Shown here in pieces: positions 1-9,800 of a DNA stretch of 64,000 nucleotides. A model generated the notes under the pieces. The model was not told the DNA's origin. It ran no database searches and was given only the letters and a program-made list of their open reading frames with translations. Source of the stretch: a phage; the sequence record NC_101835.1; one strand, given 5' to 3'. The position numbers and the translations under genes were made by a program. Every line of letters begins with the position of its first letter. Position 1 is the stretch's first letter.

Positions 1-13
1 TTGGAGAGAAAAA

Positions 14-874
14 GTGAAAGTTGTAAAACGGGACGGTAGAGAAGAGGTCTATAACGGAATTAAGGTGATCAAGGCGGCAGAGTCCGCCTTACTTGAGTCT
101 GGACATACTGAAGAAGAAGCTTACCGGATCGCCTGCGCGGTTAATGAAGTTGTTGCTAACAATCTACCAACCGACCAGTGCACGATCTCTGTAAAAAATA
201 TCCATATCCTTGTTGAAGACGCTCTTATGGATATGGGTTTAAAATGTGCAGCCAGAGAATACATCCAGTATAGGCAGACAAGAGATAATAACAGAGAGGC
301 AGGTGGAAAACTGCTTGCAGATATTAGTGGCTTCTTGGATCGCACTTGTGATGAATTTACAAAAGAAAACGCAAATAAGCCTACCAATCATGTACACACT
401 CATCGTGACCTGCTTGCAGGCATCCTTAGCAAACACCTTGCATCAACACAGATCCTGCCAGACCGTGTCTCAGAAGAGCACAATAGAGGCTTCATCCATG
501 TGCATGATCTTGACTACTTGATCAGTCCGTTAACAAACTGTTGTTTGGTAAATTATCCAGATATGTTGGAAAACGGATTCAATATTGGTAACGCCCATGT
601 CAGTAAGCCGAAGTCAATAGGGGTTGCAACAACAATCCTTAGCCAAATCTCTAGTGCGGTAGCTAGTGCTCAATATGGTGGTCAGACTATGAGCCATATT
701 GATCATTATCTGGCACAGTATGCTGAAGCAACCTATGAGAAGAACCTTAAATTTTGCCAGGAACATTGGTTGCCAGATGCTGAGACTGTTGCAATGCAAA
801 TGACAGATAAGGACGTGTTTGACAGCATGCAGACGTTGCTTTATCAGATCAACACACTAACCTCGGTAAACGGT
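14..874 (+). CDS. nrdD: anaerobic ribonucleoside-triphosphate reductase NrdD, exon 1
   Basis: GTG start at 14 after GGAGAG; ATP-cone-like N-terminus and class III RNR core; reading frame hits a stop right after ...LTSVNG. Confidence 0.85.
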
Positions 875-1131
875 TAACAAACTGGCCGTTTTAAAACTCT
901 GCTAACCTCAGTATGAGGGGTCAGCTGATCGCTGGCTAACGGGGAACGCTAAGGCGAAAGCTATGCCAATCCCGTGACTAGCTTCACAAGGAGTGAGGCG
1001 GTTGTAACGACTAACCTTTTGGTGTAGGGATTATGGAAGATTCCGAAACGCAGAGGTCTGATTAATAATCACACGGTGTGATTTCAGGCAAGAGATAGTC
1101 TGGCCTTGTGGAAACATAAGGGTGGGGACCG
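875..1131 (+). mobile_element. group I intron in nrdD, no ORF
   Basis: Exon 1 ends on T(874), intron ends on G(1131); exon 2 resumes in frame (NG|QTPFITLSLGLDTS); P7-like agatagtctgg near 1093. Confidence 0.6.
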
Positions 1132-1431
1132 CAAACCCCTTTTATCACATTAAGTTTAGGTCTGGACACCTCAGTATTTGGTAGAATGATTACCAAAAAC
1201 TACTTGAAAGTCCACAAAATGGGTCTTGGTGAAGAACGTATCACACCTGTGTTCCCTAAAGTGCTGTTCTTCCTAGAAGATGGTGTCAACATGAACCCTG
1301 GAGATCCTAACTATGATTTGAAACGATTAGCTCTGGAATGCTCTGCAGAGCGGATTTATCCTGACTTTGTTTCTGTTCCACTAAATCGTAAAGTGACAGG
1401 CTCGACAGATGGTAAAGTAACGAGCATGGGT
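1132..1431 (+). CDS. nrdD: NrdD, exon 2
   Basis: Colinear with class III RNR (QTPF...GLGEERITPVFPK...NPGDPNYDLKRLALECS...VTSMG); frame closes 2 codons after MG. Confidence 0.8.
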
Positions 1432-2193
1432 AAACTATAACTGCTCATGTAAAATCTATCTAAACGGGGAAACTCCAGAACGGACAATCCCGTGCTAAAC
1501 GTAACAGAACTCCTGACCAAGAGGAGTCCTGAAATGAGAAAACAAATTCGTGATTTTGAAGGTTATGAAATTGACGAGATGGGCAATGTTTATTGCACCC
1601 GCTACGAAAATGAAAGAATTATTCATTCGTGGGAAGAGATAAACACAGGTTACCGTCTTGTTAGGATACGCAAGAACAAAAAGACTGTTTGCCTAAGGGT
1701 TCACAGACTTGTTGCTGAAGCGTTCTTACCAAATCCAGACAATTTACCCTATGTTAAGCACAAAGGGGACAACAGGAAAGATAACAGTGTATACAACCTT
1801 GAGTGGGGAGCTTGCCCAGACAATACGCAAGAAGGATACAACAACAACTGTTATGCTTTTTACACAAGATGCCACGGTGTGAAAGCCACCAACAAATTAA
1901 CTGGTGAGGTTTTCCACTTTAAAAGTCTGAGATGTTGTGCTGATGTTTTAGGAGTGGATAGAAAAAGAATATCTGCTATCCTGAAACGTGGTGCGCCTAA
2001 TAACTATGATTACGAGTTCTGTTACGAAATGCCTAACGACTAACCGTGATGAATGTAGCGGTGTAGGGTGTAAGCCGATGACACTCGAAATGGTAGACAC
2101 ACTAAGTGTGAAGATATAGTCTGATCTGCATGGGAACATGCAGCAGCACGTAAAGGTGCGGGGGTGGACTTGCGAACCACCCTGAACATAATG
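1432..2193 (+). mobile_element. group I intron in nrdD carrying an HNH homing endonuclease ORF
   Basis: 5' splice site after T(1431), last nt G(2193); exon 3 resumes MG|CRSFLSKY; aagatatagtc core motif at 2111-2121 downstream of the ORF. Confidence 0.6.
1492..2043 (+). CDS. intron-encoded HNH homing endonuclease
   Basis: HNH_3-type motif VHRLVAEAF...KHKGDNRKDNSVYNLEWG; lies wholly inside intron 2; true start may be the ATG near 1534. Confidence 0.75.
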   Translation: MLNVTELLTKRSPEMRKQIRDFEGYEIDEMGNVYCTRYENERIIHSWEEINTGYRLVRIRKNKKTVCLRVHRLVAEAFLPNPDNLPYVKHKGDNRKDNSVYNLEWGACPDNTQEGYNNNCYAFYTRCHGVKATNKLTGEVFHFKSLRCCADVLGVDRKRISAILKRGAPNNYDYEFCYEMPND

Positions 2194-3171
2194 TGTAGAA
2201 GTTTCTTATCGAAATATAGCGACCCTGTAACAGGCGAGGAGAAATACCTTGGCAGATTTAACTTAGGCGTTGTTAGCATTAACCTGCCAATGATTGCGGC
2301 AAAAGCTAAAACGGAAGGTGTTGATTTCTTTGCAGTTCTTGACGAATACCTGGATCTTGCATACGAGGCTCACCTTGTAAGGGTTAATCGTCTAAAAGGG
2401 GCAAAGGCAGGGCAGAACCCTATCATGTGGTGTGAAGGCGCTCTTGCTCGCCTGGATCCTGAAGAGAGTATTGATAAACTCTTCTATGACGGGTACGCTT
2501 CCATCAGTATTGGGTATATTGGTGTGTATGAAACCTGTCAGATTTTGGGCAGAGAGGGTGACAAGGCTTTAGCTCTTGGAATCCTTCAGCACATGAGAGA
2601 TGCTTGTGAGAGATACAAGAAGGAAAGTAGACTAGCGTTTAGCTTGTACGGCACCCCTTCTGAGAGTCTATGCTATAAAGCTGCAACCTGTCTGGATCGT
2701 GAATATCCTGAAGTGTTGAAGCACGAGCATGAATATCTCACCAACAGTTTCCATCAGCCAGTATGGATCAATAGCTCTCCTTTTGATAAGTGGAAGTATG
2801 AGGAAGGTTTTGCTATGATCTCCTCTGGTGGCAACATCGGATACGTAGAGACACCAAATCTGAAAAACAACTTAGATGCTTTGGAAGCTCTTGTTGATTT
2901 CGGATATAAACACATTATGTATTTTGGTATCAACCAGCCTGTGGATAAATGTCTTAAGTGTGGTTTCTCTGGTGAGTTCAGTGCAACAGCTAAAGGGTTC
3001 TGCTGCCCTGCGTGCGGATGCCACGATGAACAATATATCTCAGTGATCCGAAGAGTGTCTGGCTATCTCTCCAGCCCGAACAGTAGACCGTATAACACAG
3101 GTAAACAAGCAGAGGTTATCGAACGTGTTAAACATGTTGGGAATGTAGACTGGTGTCCGTTGAGTAAATAA
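2194..3171 (+). CDS. nrdD: NrdD, exon 3 (glycyl-radical domain)
   Basis: GRFNLGVVSINLP, C-terminal zinc ribbon CLKCG...CPACGC, glycyl radical motif RRVSGYL. Confidence 0.85.
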   Translation, partial: CRSFLSKYSDPVTGEEKYLGRFNLGVVSINLPMIAAKAKTEGVDFFAVLDEYLDLAYEAHLVRVNRLKGAKAGQNPIMWCEGALARLDPEESIDKLFYDGYASISIGYIGVYETCQILGREGDKALALGILQHMRDACERYKKESRLAFSLYGTPSESLCYKAATCLDREYPEVLKHEHEYLTNSFHQPVWINSSPFDKWKYEEGFAMISSGGNIGYVETPNLKNNLDALEALVDFGYKHIMYFGINQPVDKCLKCGFSGEFSATAKGFCCPACGCHDEQYISVIRRVSGYLSSPNSRPYNTGKQAEVIERVKHVGNVDWCPLSK

Positions 3172-3280
3172 GGAAAGAGATTGAGAGCAAGGATGCTCTC
3201 ATTTTTGTTTTTATTGACTTCTATTCCTCTTTTCTATAGTATGCAATATAAAGTGAATAGCGGAAGGGTCTGGTCTGGTA

Positions 3281-4213
3281 ATGAGGAGACTAACAACCGA
3301 AGAGTTTATAGAAAAAGCTCAGACTATACATGGTGACAAATATGATTACTTCAAAGTGGAGTATAAAAACAACAAGACACCTGTGTGTATAATTTGTCCT
3401 GAGCACGGTGAGTTCTGGCAAACCCCTGTGGCACATGCTTTCAAGAAGCATGGTTGTCCAAGGTGTGGTGGGTCAGCGAAAAAGAACACTGAAGAGTTCA
3501 TAAAAGAGGCTATGGTTGTTCATGGGGACAAGTACGATTACTCATTAGTCAAATATGCGAACATGAGAACGCCTGTAAAAATTGTTTGCCCTGAACACGG
3601 TGTGTTTGAACAATACCCTGAAAACCACTTATACCAAAGAAACGGCTGCCCAGAGTGCTATGACTTAAGACGTGGGCAAAGTCAAGCGTTAACCCATAAG
3701 GAGCATGCTGCAATTATCCACAAAGCCAACCCAGACATAGAAATATTAGAGAAAATTGCCAATGATAACACAAAAGTGCAATGTAGGTGCAAAATTTGTG
3801 GGTATAAGTGGTCTGCTAAACCTAATAACCTAAAAAGTGGTCGTGGCTGCTGTAAATGCGCACAAAATGGATTCTTATCTCATGAGTACGGTAAACTCTA
3901 CATTATGGTTGATGACTTAGAAGTGCCAACACTTATGAAAATCGGTGTATGCGTTAAAATGCACAGGAGGAAAAATGAGGTGCTTAACAGTGCTCGTAAA
4001 TCTGGCGCAGGTGTCCACACTCTTCACGTAGTAAAAACGTGGAGCGGATCAACTCAAAACATGGTAGACTTAGAAAAATCTGTGCATAAGGCCTTCAGCA
4101 AGTATAAAATAAACTTTCCTGTAAAATTTGACGGTAGCACTGAGTTTTTCTACTACAGGCCTGAAGTGTTTGACACGGTAGAAGAGGTATACAAGAAGAT
4201 TTGTGGTAAATGA
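3281..4213 (+). CDS. T5orf172 (GIY-YIG superfamily)-like endonuclease with three N-terminal zinc-ribbon repeats
   Basis: Three repeats HGDKYDY..V.Y.N..TPV.I.CP.HG.F.Q.P..H...GCP.C; C-terminal LYIMVDD..KIGV...GSTEFF resembles T5orf172. Confidence 0.5.
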   Translation: MRRLTTEEFIEKAQTIHGDKYDYFKVEYKNNKTPVCIICPEHGEFWQTPVAHAFKKHGCPRCGGSAKKNTEEFIKEAMVVHGDKYDYSLVKYANMRTPVKIVCPEHGVFEQYPENHLYQRNGCPECYDLRRGQSQALTHKEHAAIIHKANPDIEILEKIANDNTKVQCRCKICGYKWSAKPNNLKSGRGCCKCAQNGFLSHEYGKLYIMVDDLEVPTLMKIGVCVKMHRRKNEVLNSARKSGAGVHTLHVVKTWSGSTQNMVDLEKSVHKAFSKYKINFPVKFDGSTEFFYYRPEVFDTVEEVYKKICGK

Positions 4214-4265
4214 TCGTAGAAAGATACACATATCTTAAACATGCTATAAACTAAGGAGGTACAGT

Positions 4266-4382
4266 ATGTCTACAGGTATTTATAAAATTTGCAAGTGCGG
4301 CTGTAGTTGCAATCTTCGTTGGTGCAAGGCACTAGACGATTTTATCTGGCATTGCCCTAAATGTGATGCGGAGTATCTATGA
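4266..4382 (+). CDS. small Cys-rich zinc-ribbon protein (38 aa)
   Basis: AGGAGG RBS; CKCGCSC...HCPKC; stop overlaps the nrdG start (ATGA). Confidence 0.4.
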   Translation: MSTGIYKICKCGCSCNLRWCKALDDFIWHCPKCDAEYL

Positions 4383-4852
4383 ACATTGTCGGATACACAG
4401 AAATATCTTACACCGAAGGGCCAGGTATTAGAACTGCCTTGTGGGTATCTGGGTGCCCACACGCTTGCCCTGGTTGCTTTAATCAGGCATTTTGGTCAAA
4501 AGATAAGGGGAGGGAGTTCACTGAAGAAGACTTGCAAAAAATCTTGTCAGATTTAGATAACCCGTCTGTGTGCGGTATCTCTCTGCTGGGTGGAGAACCC
4601 TTAGCATACTATAATGAGCCAGATATTATTAGCCTGATGGAGAAAATTAAGGAAAAATTTGGTGACAAGAAAACTATTCTTGTATATACTGGGTTCACAT
4701 TTGACCATATCTCTAGTAATGTTCTTAAACTGGCTGATATCATCATTGACGGTAAGTATGTAAAAGATTTACCAACCAAGAAACCGTTCCGAGGTAGCGA
4801 TAACCAAAGAATGTTTAAAAAAGTAGCAGGCGGTTGGGTCCAGGTAGACTAG
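4379..4852 (+). CDS. nrdG: anaerobic RNR activating protein NrdG (radical SAM)
   Basis: GPGIRTALWVSGCPHACPGCFN and GISLLGGEP motifs typical of NrdG. Confidence 0.9.
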   Translation: MNIVGYTEISYTEGPGIRTALWVSGCPHACPGCFNQAFWSKDKGREFTEEDLQKILSDLDNPSVCGISLLGGEPLAYYNEPDIISLMEKIKEKFGDKKTILVYTGFTFDHISSNVLKLADIIIDGKYVKDLPTKKPFRGSDNQRMFKKVAGGWVQVD

Positions 4853-4855
4853 TTG

Positions 4856-4885
4856 TTGACAAAGCTTTGTTTAGATAGGTATAAT
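4856..4885 (+). promoter_or_regulatory. sigma70-like promoter (TTGACA-18-TATAAT)
   Basis: TTGACA at 4856-4861, TATAAT at 4880-4885. Confidence 0.6.
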
Positions 4886-4916
4886 TATCGTAAAATGAAA
4901 GCAGAGGAGGTGCCAA

Positions 4917-5030
4917 ATGGCTAAAAAAGCCTTGAAGAAGGCGTACAAGAAAGAGATTGCGCTTGAGCTTAAGAAAAAACACAAGCGTGAAAAGAAACAT
5001 CATGAAGATGAAGAGGGGGTGCAACAGTGA
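4917..5030 (+). CDS. small basic protein (37 aa)
   Basis: GAGGAGG RBS; MAKKALKKAYKK...; stop overlaps the next GTG start. Confidence 0.4.
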   Translation: MAKKALKKAYKKEIALELKKKHKREKKHHEDEEGVQQ

Positions 5031-5377
5031 CACAAGAACGTATCGATTTGGCTAATAAGTTTGTAGATCTCATTTTGCCACGGTTAGTTACTCAACATGC
5101 AGATGCTATTTCTACTAATCTTGATGGCTTACGTCTAATGCTGAATCGCACAGATGACCCTCGTATTCGGGCTGATTTAGAAGCCTCTGCCAACAAACTG
5201 GAAAAGTTCTTGCAAGTAGGTACGCAAGAAGCCTTACACAAGATTATGGTGGAAGGTTTCTCTAAAGAATTTACCATTAAAGAGCTTAAGGAGCTGATCC
5301 ACCAAGAAGAGATGAATATCCGAGTTCAGGCTGTTGCAAGCAGCATGGAAGCGGCTATTGAAAAACTGTTGCAGTAA
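5027..5377 (+). CDS. hypothetical protein
   Basis: Track ORF, GTG start coupled to upstream ORF. Confidence 0.5.
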   Translation: MTQERIDLANKFVDLILPRLVTQHADAISTNLDGLRLMLNRTDDPRIRADLEASANKLEKFLQVGTQEALHKIMVEGFSKEFTIKELKELIHQEEMNIRVQAVASSMEAAIEKLLQ

Positions 5378-5415
5378 AAGTTCCAGACACATCTCAATCT
5401 GAAAGGAGTCCCAAC

Positions 5416-6210
5416 ATGGGTCGAGCTAAAGAAACAAAACGCATGCGTGATGAAGCTAAAGAGGCTCGCAAATCTGATCGCCTGCGTAAAGCTGCTGAGA
5501 AATTTGCTGAAGAACGAGAGCACACAGCTCCAGCTCTCCGACCGATGAATAAAAAACAAGAGTATTATCTCCACCTTCTTAAAACTAAACAGTTAGTGAT
5601 CGCAACAGGGCTGTTTGGCACAGGCAAGTCGTTTATGGCTGCAGCTTATGCTGCAGACCTGCTTCGTAAGAACGAGATTGATAGAATTATTGTTTGCCGC
5701 CCAAATGTTGAATGTGGAAGCCATGGCACGGGGTTCAAACCTGGAGGTGTATTACAGAAAAACGAACCTTTCTTAAAATCAATTTTAGAAACTCTCAAAA
5801 AACGACTCGGACCTGGTGCTTATAGTACGTTATTGGGAGACGGTCAGACTGGGCGCATCGAGGTGCAAGAGGTTGCAACAATCCGAGGTCGAGATTTCTC
5901 TGATCGTTGCATCATCCTAGTTGATGAGTTTCAGTTGACAACCTGTGCAGAGGCTTTGGCAATTGCCACACGGCTTGGTGAGCATGCACAAATGATTTGC
6001 ATGGGAGACTTACGACAGAACGATCTCAAAGGCACCTCAGGACTTCAGTGGCTGATCGACTTTGTAACGAGGCACGAAATCAACGGTGTTGGTATCGTAG
6101 ATTTTGACGAGCCAGAAGATGTGGTTCGCTCAGGTATTGGTAGACTGTTTGCACTAGGCCTTATGACTGACCGTAATAAAGGTGTGTGGACCCCTGAGGC
6201 AGGTTTATAA
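5416..6210 (+). CDS. phoH: PhoH-like ATPase
   Basis: P-loop ATGLFGTGKSF, Walker B ILVDEFQ; PhoH-like architecture. Confidence 0.8.
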   Translation: MGRAKETKRMRDEAKEARKSDRLRKAAEKFAEEREHTAPALRPMNKKQEYYLHLLKTKQLVIATGLFGTGKSFMAAAYAADLLRKNEIDRIIVCRPNVECGSHGTGFKPGGVLQKNEPFLKSILETLKKRLGPGAYSTLLGDGQTGRIEVQEVATIRGRDFSDRCIILVDEFQLTTCAEALAIATRLGEHAQMICMGDLRQNDLKGTSGLQWLIDFVTRHEINGVGIVDFDEPEDVVRSGIGRLFALGLMTDRNKGVWTPEAGL

Positions 6211-6251
6211 TATATAGGAGAGAGGGTGATATTATTCACCCTCTATTTAAG

Positions 6252-7181
6252 ATGCGTTTAGGAGAACAGTTATCACGAGAAGAAGTGTTTATCAAGAAAG
6301 CTACTGATAAGCATGGTGACAAGTATGATTACTCCAAAGTTGTATACAAAAACAACACAACACCTGTGAATATAGTGTGCAACAAGTGTGGTACAGTTTT
6401 TAGTAAAACTCCTAAGTCTCACCTTATAGGCGCAGGATGCCCAGATTGTAAGAACAGGGAGTTAAGTGAGAGATTCCGAATGTCTAAGGAGGAGTTTGTA
6501 AAAAGGGCAACAGAACTGCACAAGGGGAAGTATGACTACTCTCTTGTAAAAAGTTTTTCTAACAGGAACGACACTGTTACTATTATTTGCCCCATCCACG
6601 GAGAGTTCAAGCAGACAGTTGCAAATCATTTAGCTGGTGGGTGCTACAAGTGTGGAAAAAGAGCGACAGCTAAAAAGATGAGGAAGTCTAAAGATAGATT
6701 CATAGAGGATGCTACTCAACTACACGGAGACATATATGACTATTCAGAAGTGAAGTATGTGAATACCCACACTCCTGTAACCATTATCTGCAAGTCTTGC
6801 GGGTGTAAGTTTCTTCAACAGCCTGCAAACCACCTGTGCGGTAACGGTTGCCCAGAATGCTCTACTTCAGGATTCAGGCAGAGTACTAAAGAGAGCTGTC
6901 TGTACCTTCTTGTTGATGATCTTACCATTCCCACGGTTATAAAAGTTGGGGTGACTATCAATCTACAGAGCAGACTATACAACATAAGAAGGAACACAAA
7001 TTTTCCTGTTCACGTGCTTAAAGTATTTACTTTCGAGCAGGGGTGTGCTACCATGCAGCTTGAAAAATTGGTGCATAAAGTCTTTGCAGATCGCAACTGC
7101 CACTTCGAAGGTTTCGACGGGGCAACGGAGTGGTTCTGGTACTCTCATGATATTGTAGAGTTTCTAGAAGACAATTGTTGA
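6252..7181 (+). CDS. T5orf172-like endonuclease with three zinc-ribbon repeats (paralog of 3281-4213)
   Basis: Same triple HGDKYDYS...CP.HG...GCP.C repeat; C-terminal LYLLVDD..KVGV...GATEWFWY. Confidence 0.5.
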   Translation: MRLGEQLSREEVFIKKATDKHGDKYDYSKVVYKNNTTPVNIVCNKCGTVFSKTPKSHLIGAGCPDCKNRELSERFRMSKEEFVKRATELHKGKYDYSLVKSFSNRNDTVTIICPIHGEFKQTVANHLAGGCYKCGKRATAKKMRKSKDRFIEDATQLHGDIYDYSEVKYVNTHTPVTIICKSCGCKFLQQPANHLCGNGCPECSTSGFRQSTKESCLYLLVDDLTIPTVIKVGVTINLQSRLYNIRRNTNFPVHVLKVFTFEQGCATMQLEKLVHKVFADRNCHFEGFDGATEWFWYSHDIVEFLEDNC

Positions 7182-7206
7182 CAAACAGATAAGCTTTAGG
7201 TATTAT
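7178..7206 (+). promoter_or_regulatory. sigma70-like promoter (TTGACA-17-TATTAT)
   Basis: Resembles the 4856 promoter (GTTGACAAA ... AGGTAT.ATTATCG). Confidence 0.55.
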
Positions 7207-7236
7207 TATCGGACAAAACAAGGAGAAGGAGATAGT

Positions 7237-7548
7237 ATGGCTACAATACAAGAGAGACTGAATAAAATATACTGCCTGTTTGTCTATAACGGCGAGACAA
7301 TTTTGGCAAATAAAGGATCCAAGAATGTGTGGATCAAGGACAGTGGTGGTAATATAATCAACTTAGCGTTGCTACGTGAGCGCCGACACAGATTCTTTAT
7401 CGAGTCTCGGATTATTGAAAGCAGCACCTGCTACAGAACAGGCGATAAAGTAATTGTTGACAATGATACGTGGTATGTGGTAGACTGGCAATCATTGAGC
7501 TGTGATGCTTCTGACAATCGTAAGTATTCCCTAGTGATTGCTAAATAA
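7237..7548 (+). CDS. hypothetical protein
   Basis: Track ORF downstream of promoter with GGAGAAGGAG RBS. Confidence 0.55.
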   Translation: MATIQERLNKIYCLFVYNGETILANKGSKNVWIKDSGGNIINLALLRERRHRFFIESRIIESSTCYRTGDKVIVDNDTWYVVDWQSLSCDASDNRKYSLVIAK

Positions 7549-7608
7549 AGGTAAATGTGAATCAGTTTTAAATAAATAGCTTTCAACTTCCAATATTAAG
7601 GATTTCTC

Positions 7609-8658
7609 ATGAATTTAACACCTCGCAGCACCATGGTACACGGCATGAAAGAAAAACAGAACGGTTTCGAACCTATGAGTAATAAAATGTTTGGTATGCC
7701 GGGTGGTATTATGGAAACATACAGCTACCCAACACCTGTTGTTGACCACGTTCTTTATATCGACGATTTGGAAGACTTACAAGATCATATGTCTCGTCTG
7801 CAGACGATCCGTATGGCTCAGCCAGAAGAAAGTATCCGTGTAATCATTAACAGTCCTGGTGGTTGCGTTCACATTGCTATGGCGTATTTGCAGGCATTCC
7901 GCGAGTCTCAGGCAAGCGTTGTTGCACATGCTGAAGGGATGTGCTGCTCTGCTGGAACAATCTTATGGCTTGGTTGTAAAGAACGTACTGTGGCTCCGGA
8001 CACAGAGTTTATGTTCCACTACTATCAAGGTGGCACTTATGGTAACGGTGTGAACATGAATACTCAGGTCAGCTACTGGAAAAAACGTTTTGAACGCCTG
8101 ATCGAAAAATACTACGGTGGGGTGCTGACAGAAGATGAGATCGCATCCATCACAGCTGGTGGCGAAGTGTGGTTGGACGGAGAAGAGCTGGCAGCACGCA
8201 CTGGAGCTATTATTCTGGATGAAGGCAACATACAACGCATCCAGAACGGACAAAAACCGAAAAAGCTTCTGGCAAAAGGTGATGAAGAAGGCGTGTTAGG
8301 TGAAGCAGGTCTTCCGGAGATTCACCAGTGCACATCTTTAGATGAGTTAGTTCATGCTGTTGAATCTGCAAAAGCGGGTGGTTCGAAAGGTGATGTTCAC
8401 ACTGTGTTCCTGAATCTGCAGATGGAAAGTGGCGAGACCGTCAGAATTGCCCTGAGTGAGATTACTTCAGAAGATCTGCAGAGATTCTCTGTCGTTGAAC
8501 TTCAGGATATTCTGTCTCAATTGAAGACTACTCTGAACGGCGGTGAAGAGGTTAAGGTGAAAGATAAGACTCGCAAGCGTCTGGTGGACAATATTATTAA
8601 AACAGCAAAAGAGCTCAATGAAAAAATCCTGGGTGCAGGAATTGTCGAAGAAGCTTAA
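7609..8658 (+). CDS. ClpP-like serine protease with long C-terminal extension
   Basis: INSPGGCVHIAMAY...AEGMCCSAGT resembles the ClpP/S14 core. Confidence 0.55.
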   Translation: MNLTPRSTMVHGMKEKQNGFEPMSNKMFGMPGGIMETYSYPTPVVDHVLYIDDLEDLQDHMSRLQTIRMAQPEESIRVIINSPGGCVHIAMAYLQAFRESQASVVAHAEGMCCSAGTILWLGCKERTVAPDTEFMFHYYQGGTYGNGVNMNTQVSYWKKRFERLIEKYYGGVLTEDEIASITAGGEVWLDGEELAARTGAIILDEGNIQRIQNGQKPKKLLAKGDEEGVLGEAGLPEIHQCTSLDELVHAVESAKAGGSKGDVHTVFLNLQMESGETVRIALSEITSEDLQRFSVVELQDILSQLKTTLNGGEEVKVKDKTRKRLVDNIIKTAKELNEKILGAGIVEEA

Positions 8659-8670
8659 ACATTAATTCTA

Positions 8671-8695
8671 AAGCCCTCTTCGGAGGGCTTTTATG
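8671..8695 (+). terminator. rho-independent terminator
   Basis: AGCCCTC-ttcg-GAGGGCT hairpin followed by TTTTAT. Confidence 0.65.
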
Positions 8696-8709
8696 ATCTG
8701 GAGATTTGC

Positions 8710-9243
8710 ATGACTTGTGCTAGAAAACCTGATGAACAACGTAACGCCTACGATGAGTATGTGACACCGGAGTGGTGTGCAGAAGGGCTGTATGACCTTA
8801 TTCCGTTCCCAGAAGACTGGACCTACTTAGAGCCTTGCAGGAATAGTGCCTCAGGTGTGTTCTACTCCCGTATGCCGTTAGGATCTGCATGGGGAGAAAT
8901 ACAAGAAGGTGTTGACTATCTGAATACAGAATACAACCATGTTGACTGTATTATCACCAACCCACCATACAGCCTGGCTCGTGAGTTTGTAGACAAGGCG
9001 TTGAAAGATGCTGACGTAGTTATTATGCTTTTGCGTCTTAATTTTCTGGAAAGCAAAGCCAGATTTGAATGGTGGCTTGATAATGCACCTACTACTGTGA
9101 TCACAATATCTAAGCGTCCATCATTTCAATCAAACGGCAGAACTGACGGGCAAGCATATGCGTATTTTGTGTGGGATAAGAAAAACCGTTTAGACTTGCC
9201 GCCGTTTATGTGGTTGGCACCCCCAGAGGTAGACCTGAAATGA
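8710..9243 (+). CDS. DNA N6-adenine methyltransferase (small phage Dam-like)
   Basis: Catalytic IITNPPYS motif; about 177 aa. Confidence 0.6.
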   Translation: MTCARKPDEQRNAYDEYVTPEWCAEGLYDLIPFPEDWTYLEPCRNSASGVFYSRMPLGSAWGEIQEGVDYLNTEYNHVDCIITNPPYSLAREFVDKALKDADVVIMLLRLNFLESKARFEWWLDNAPTTVITISKRPSFQSNGRTDGQAYAYFVWDKKNRLDLPPFMWLAPPEVDLK

Positions 9244-9524
9244 AAATGAGTGCTAAGGACAAATTACACCAGCTAGCGCTAAAACGCCCTGTAACGCTCC
9301 CTGACGAGCTTAACTCCATTTATGATGCGATTGTAGGGGAGATACAAAATAAAGCGTTAGCAGGCTTTCTGGGGTGCGGATTTTCGATAAATCTACCCTC
9401 GCATCTCTCAGATTACTTCCCGCACATTGTTGGAGATTTAAGGGCAGGAGGTCTGCAGGTAGATGTTGTTGGCATCTCCCCAGAGAAAAATAATACGGTT
9501 GCCTACTTGACAGTAACCTGGTAG
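9240..9524 (+). CDS. hypothetical protein
   Basis: In-frame ATG at 9240 overlaps upstream stop (ATGA); track ORF starts 9210. Confidence 0.5.
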   Translation: MKMSAKDKLHQLALKRPVTLPDELNSIYDAIVGEIQNKALAGFLGCGFSINLPSHLSDYFPHIVGDLRAGGLQVDVVGISPEKNNTVAYLTVTW

Positions 9525-9800
9525 TTGTGTATTGTTGTTTTCAACAAGAGGGGGTCATTTATGTACAAGTCATTTTCAATCTACTCAAGACAGGCGAAAC
9601 ACTACACAGAGATCCTGATCACTCAGAAAAAATCTGTGGAAGGTGAGTGGGAATATCACCATAAAATGTTGCGTCCAGACTGGGTTTTTGATAGACTTAT
9701 TGCTATGATCCCTCTCGGAGAAGTATACCCTCTGACAGCCCATCGCGATGCTTGGGATTTAATTGATTACATAGATTCATTTAAGGAGCCTAGATTATGA
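9525..9800 (+). CDS. hypothetical protein
   Basis: Track ORF; real start may be the internal ATG near 9561. Confidence 0.45.
   Translation: MCIVVFNKRGSFMYKSFSIYSRQAKHYTEILITQKKSVEGEWEYHHKMLRPDWVFDRLIAMIPLGEVYPLTAHRDAWDLIDYIDSFKEPRL

Noticed and set aside
875-2193. Inteins in NrdD instead of introns
   Set aside because: The intervening sequences contain in-frame stop codons and are too short to encode intein splicing domains.
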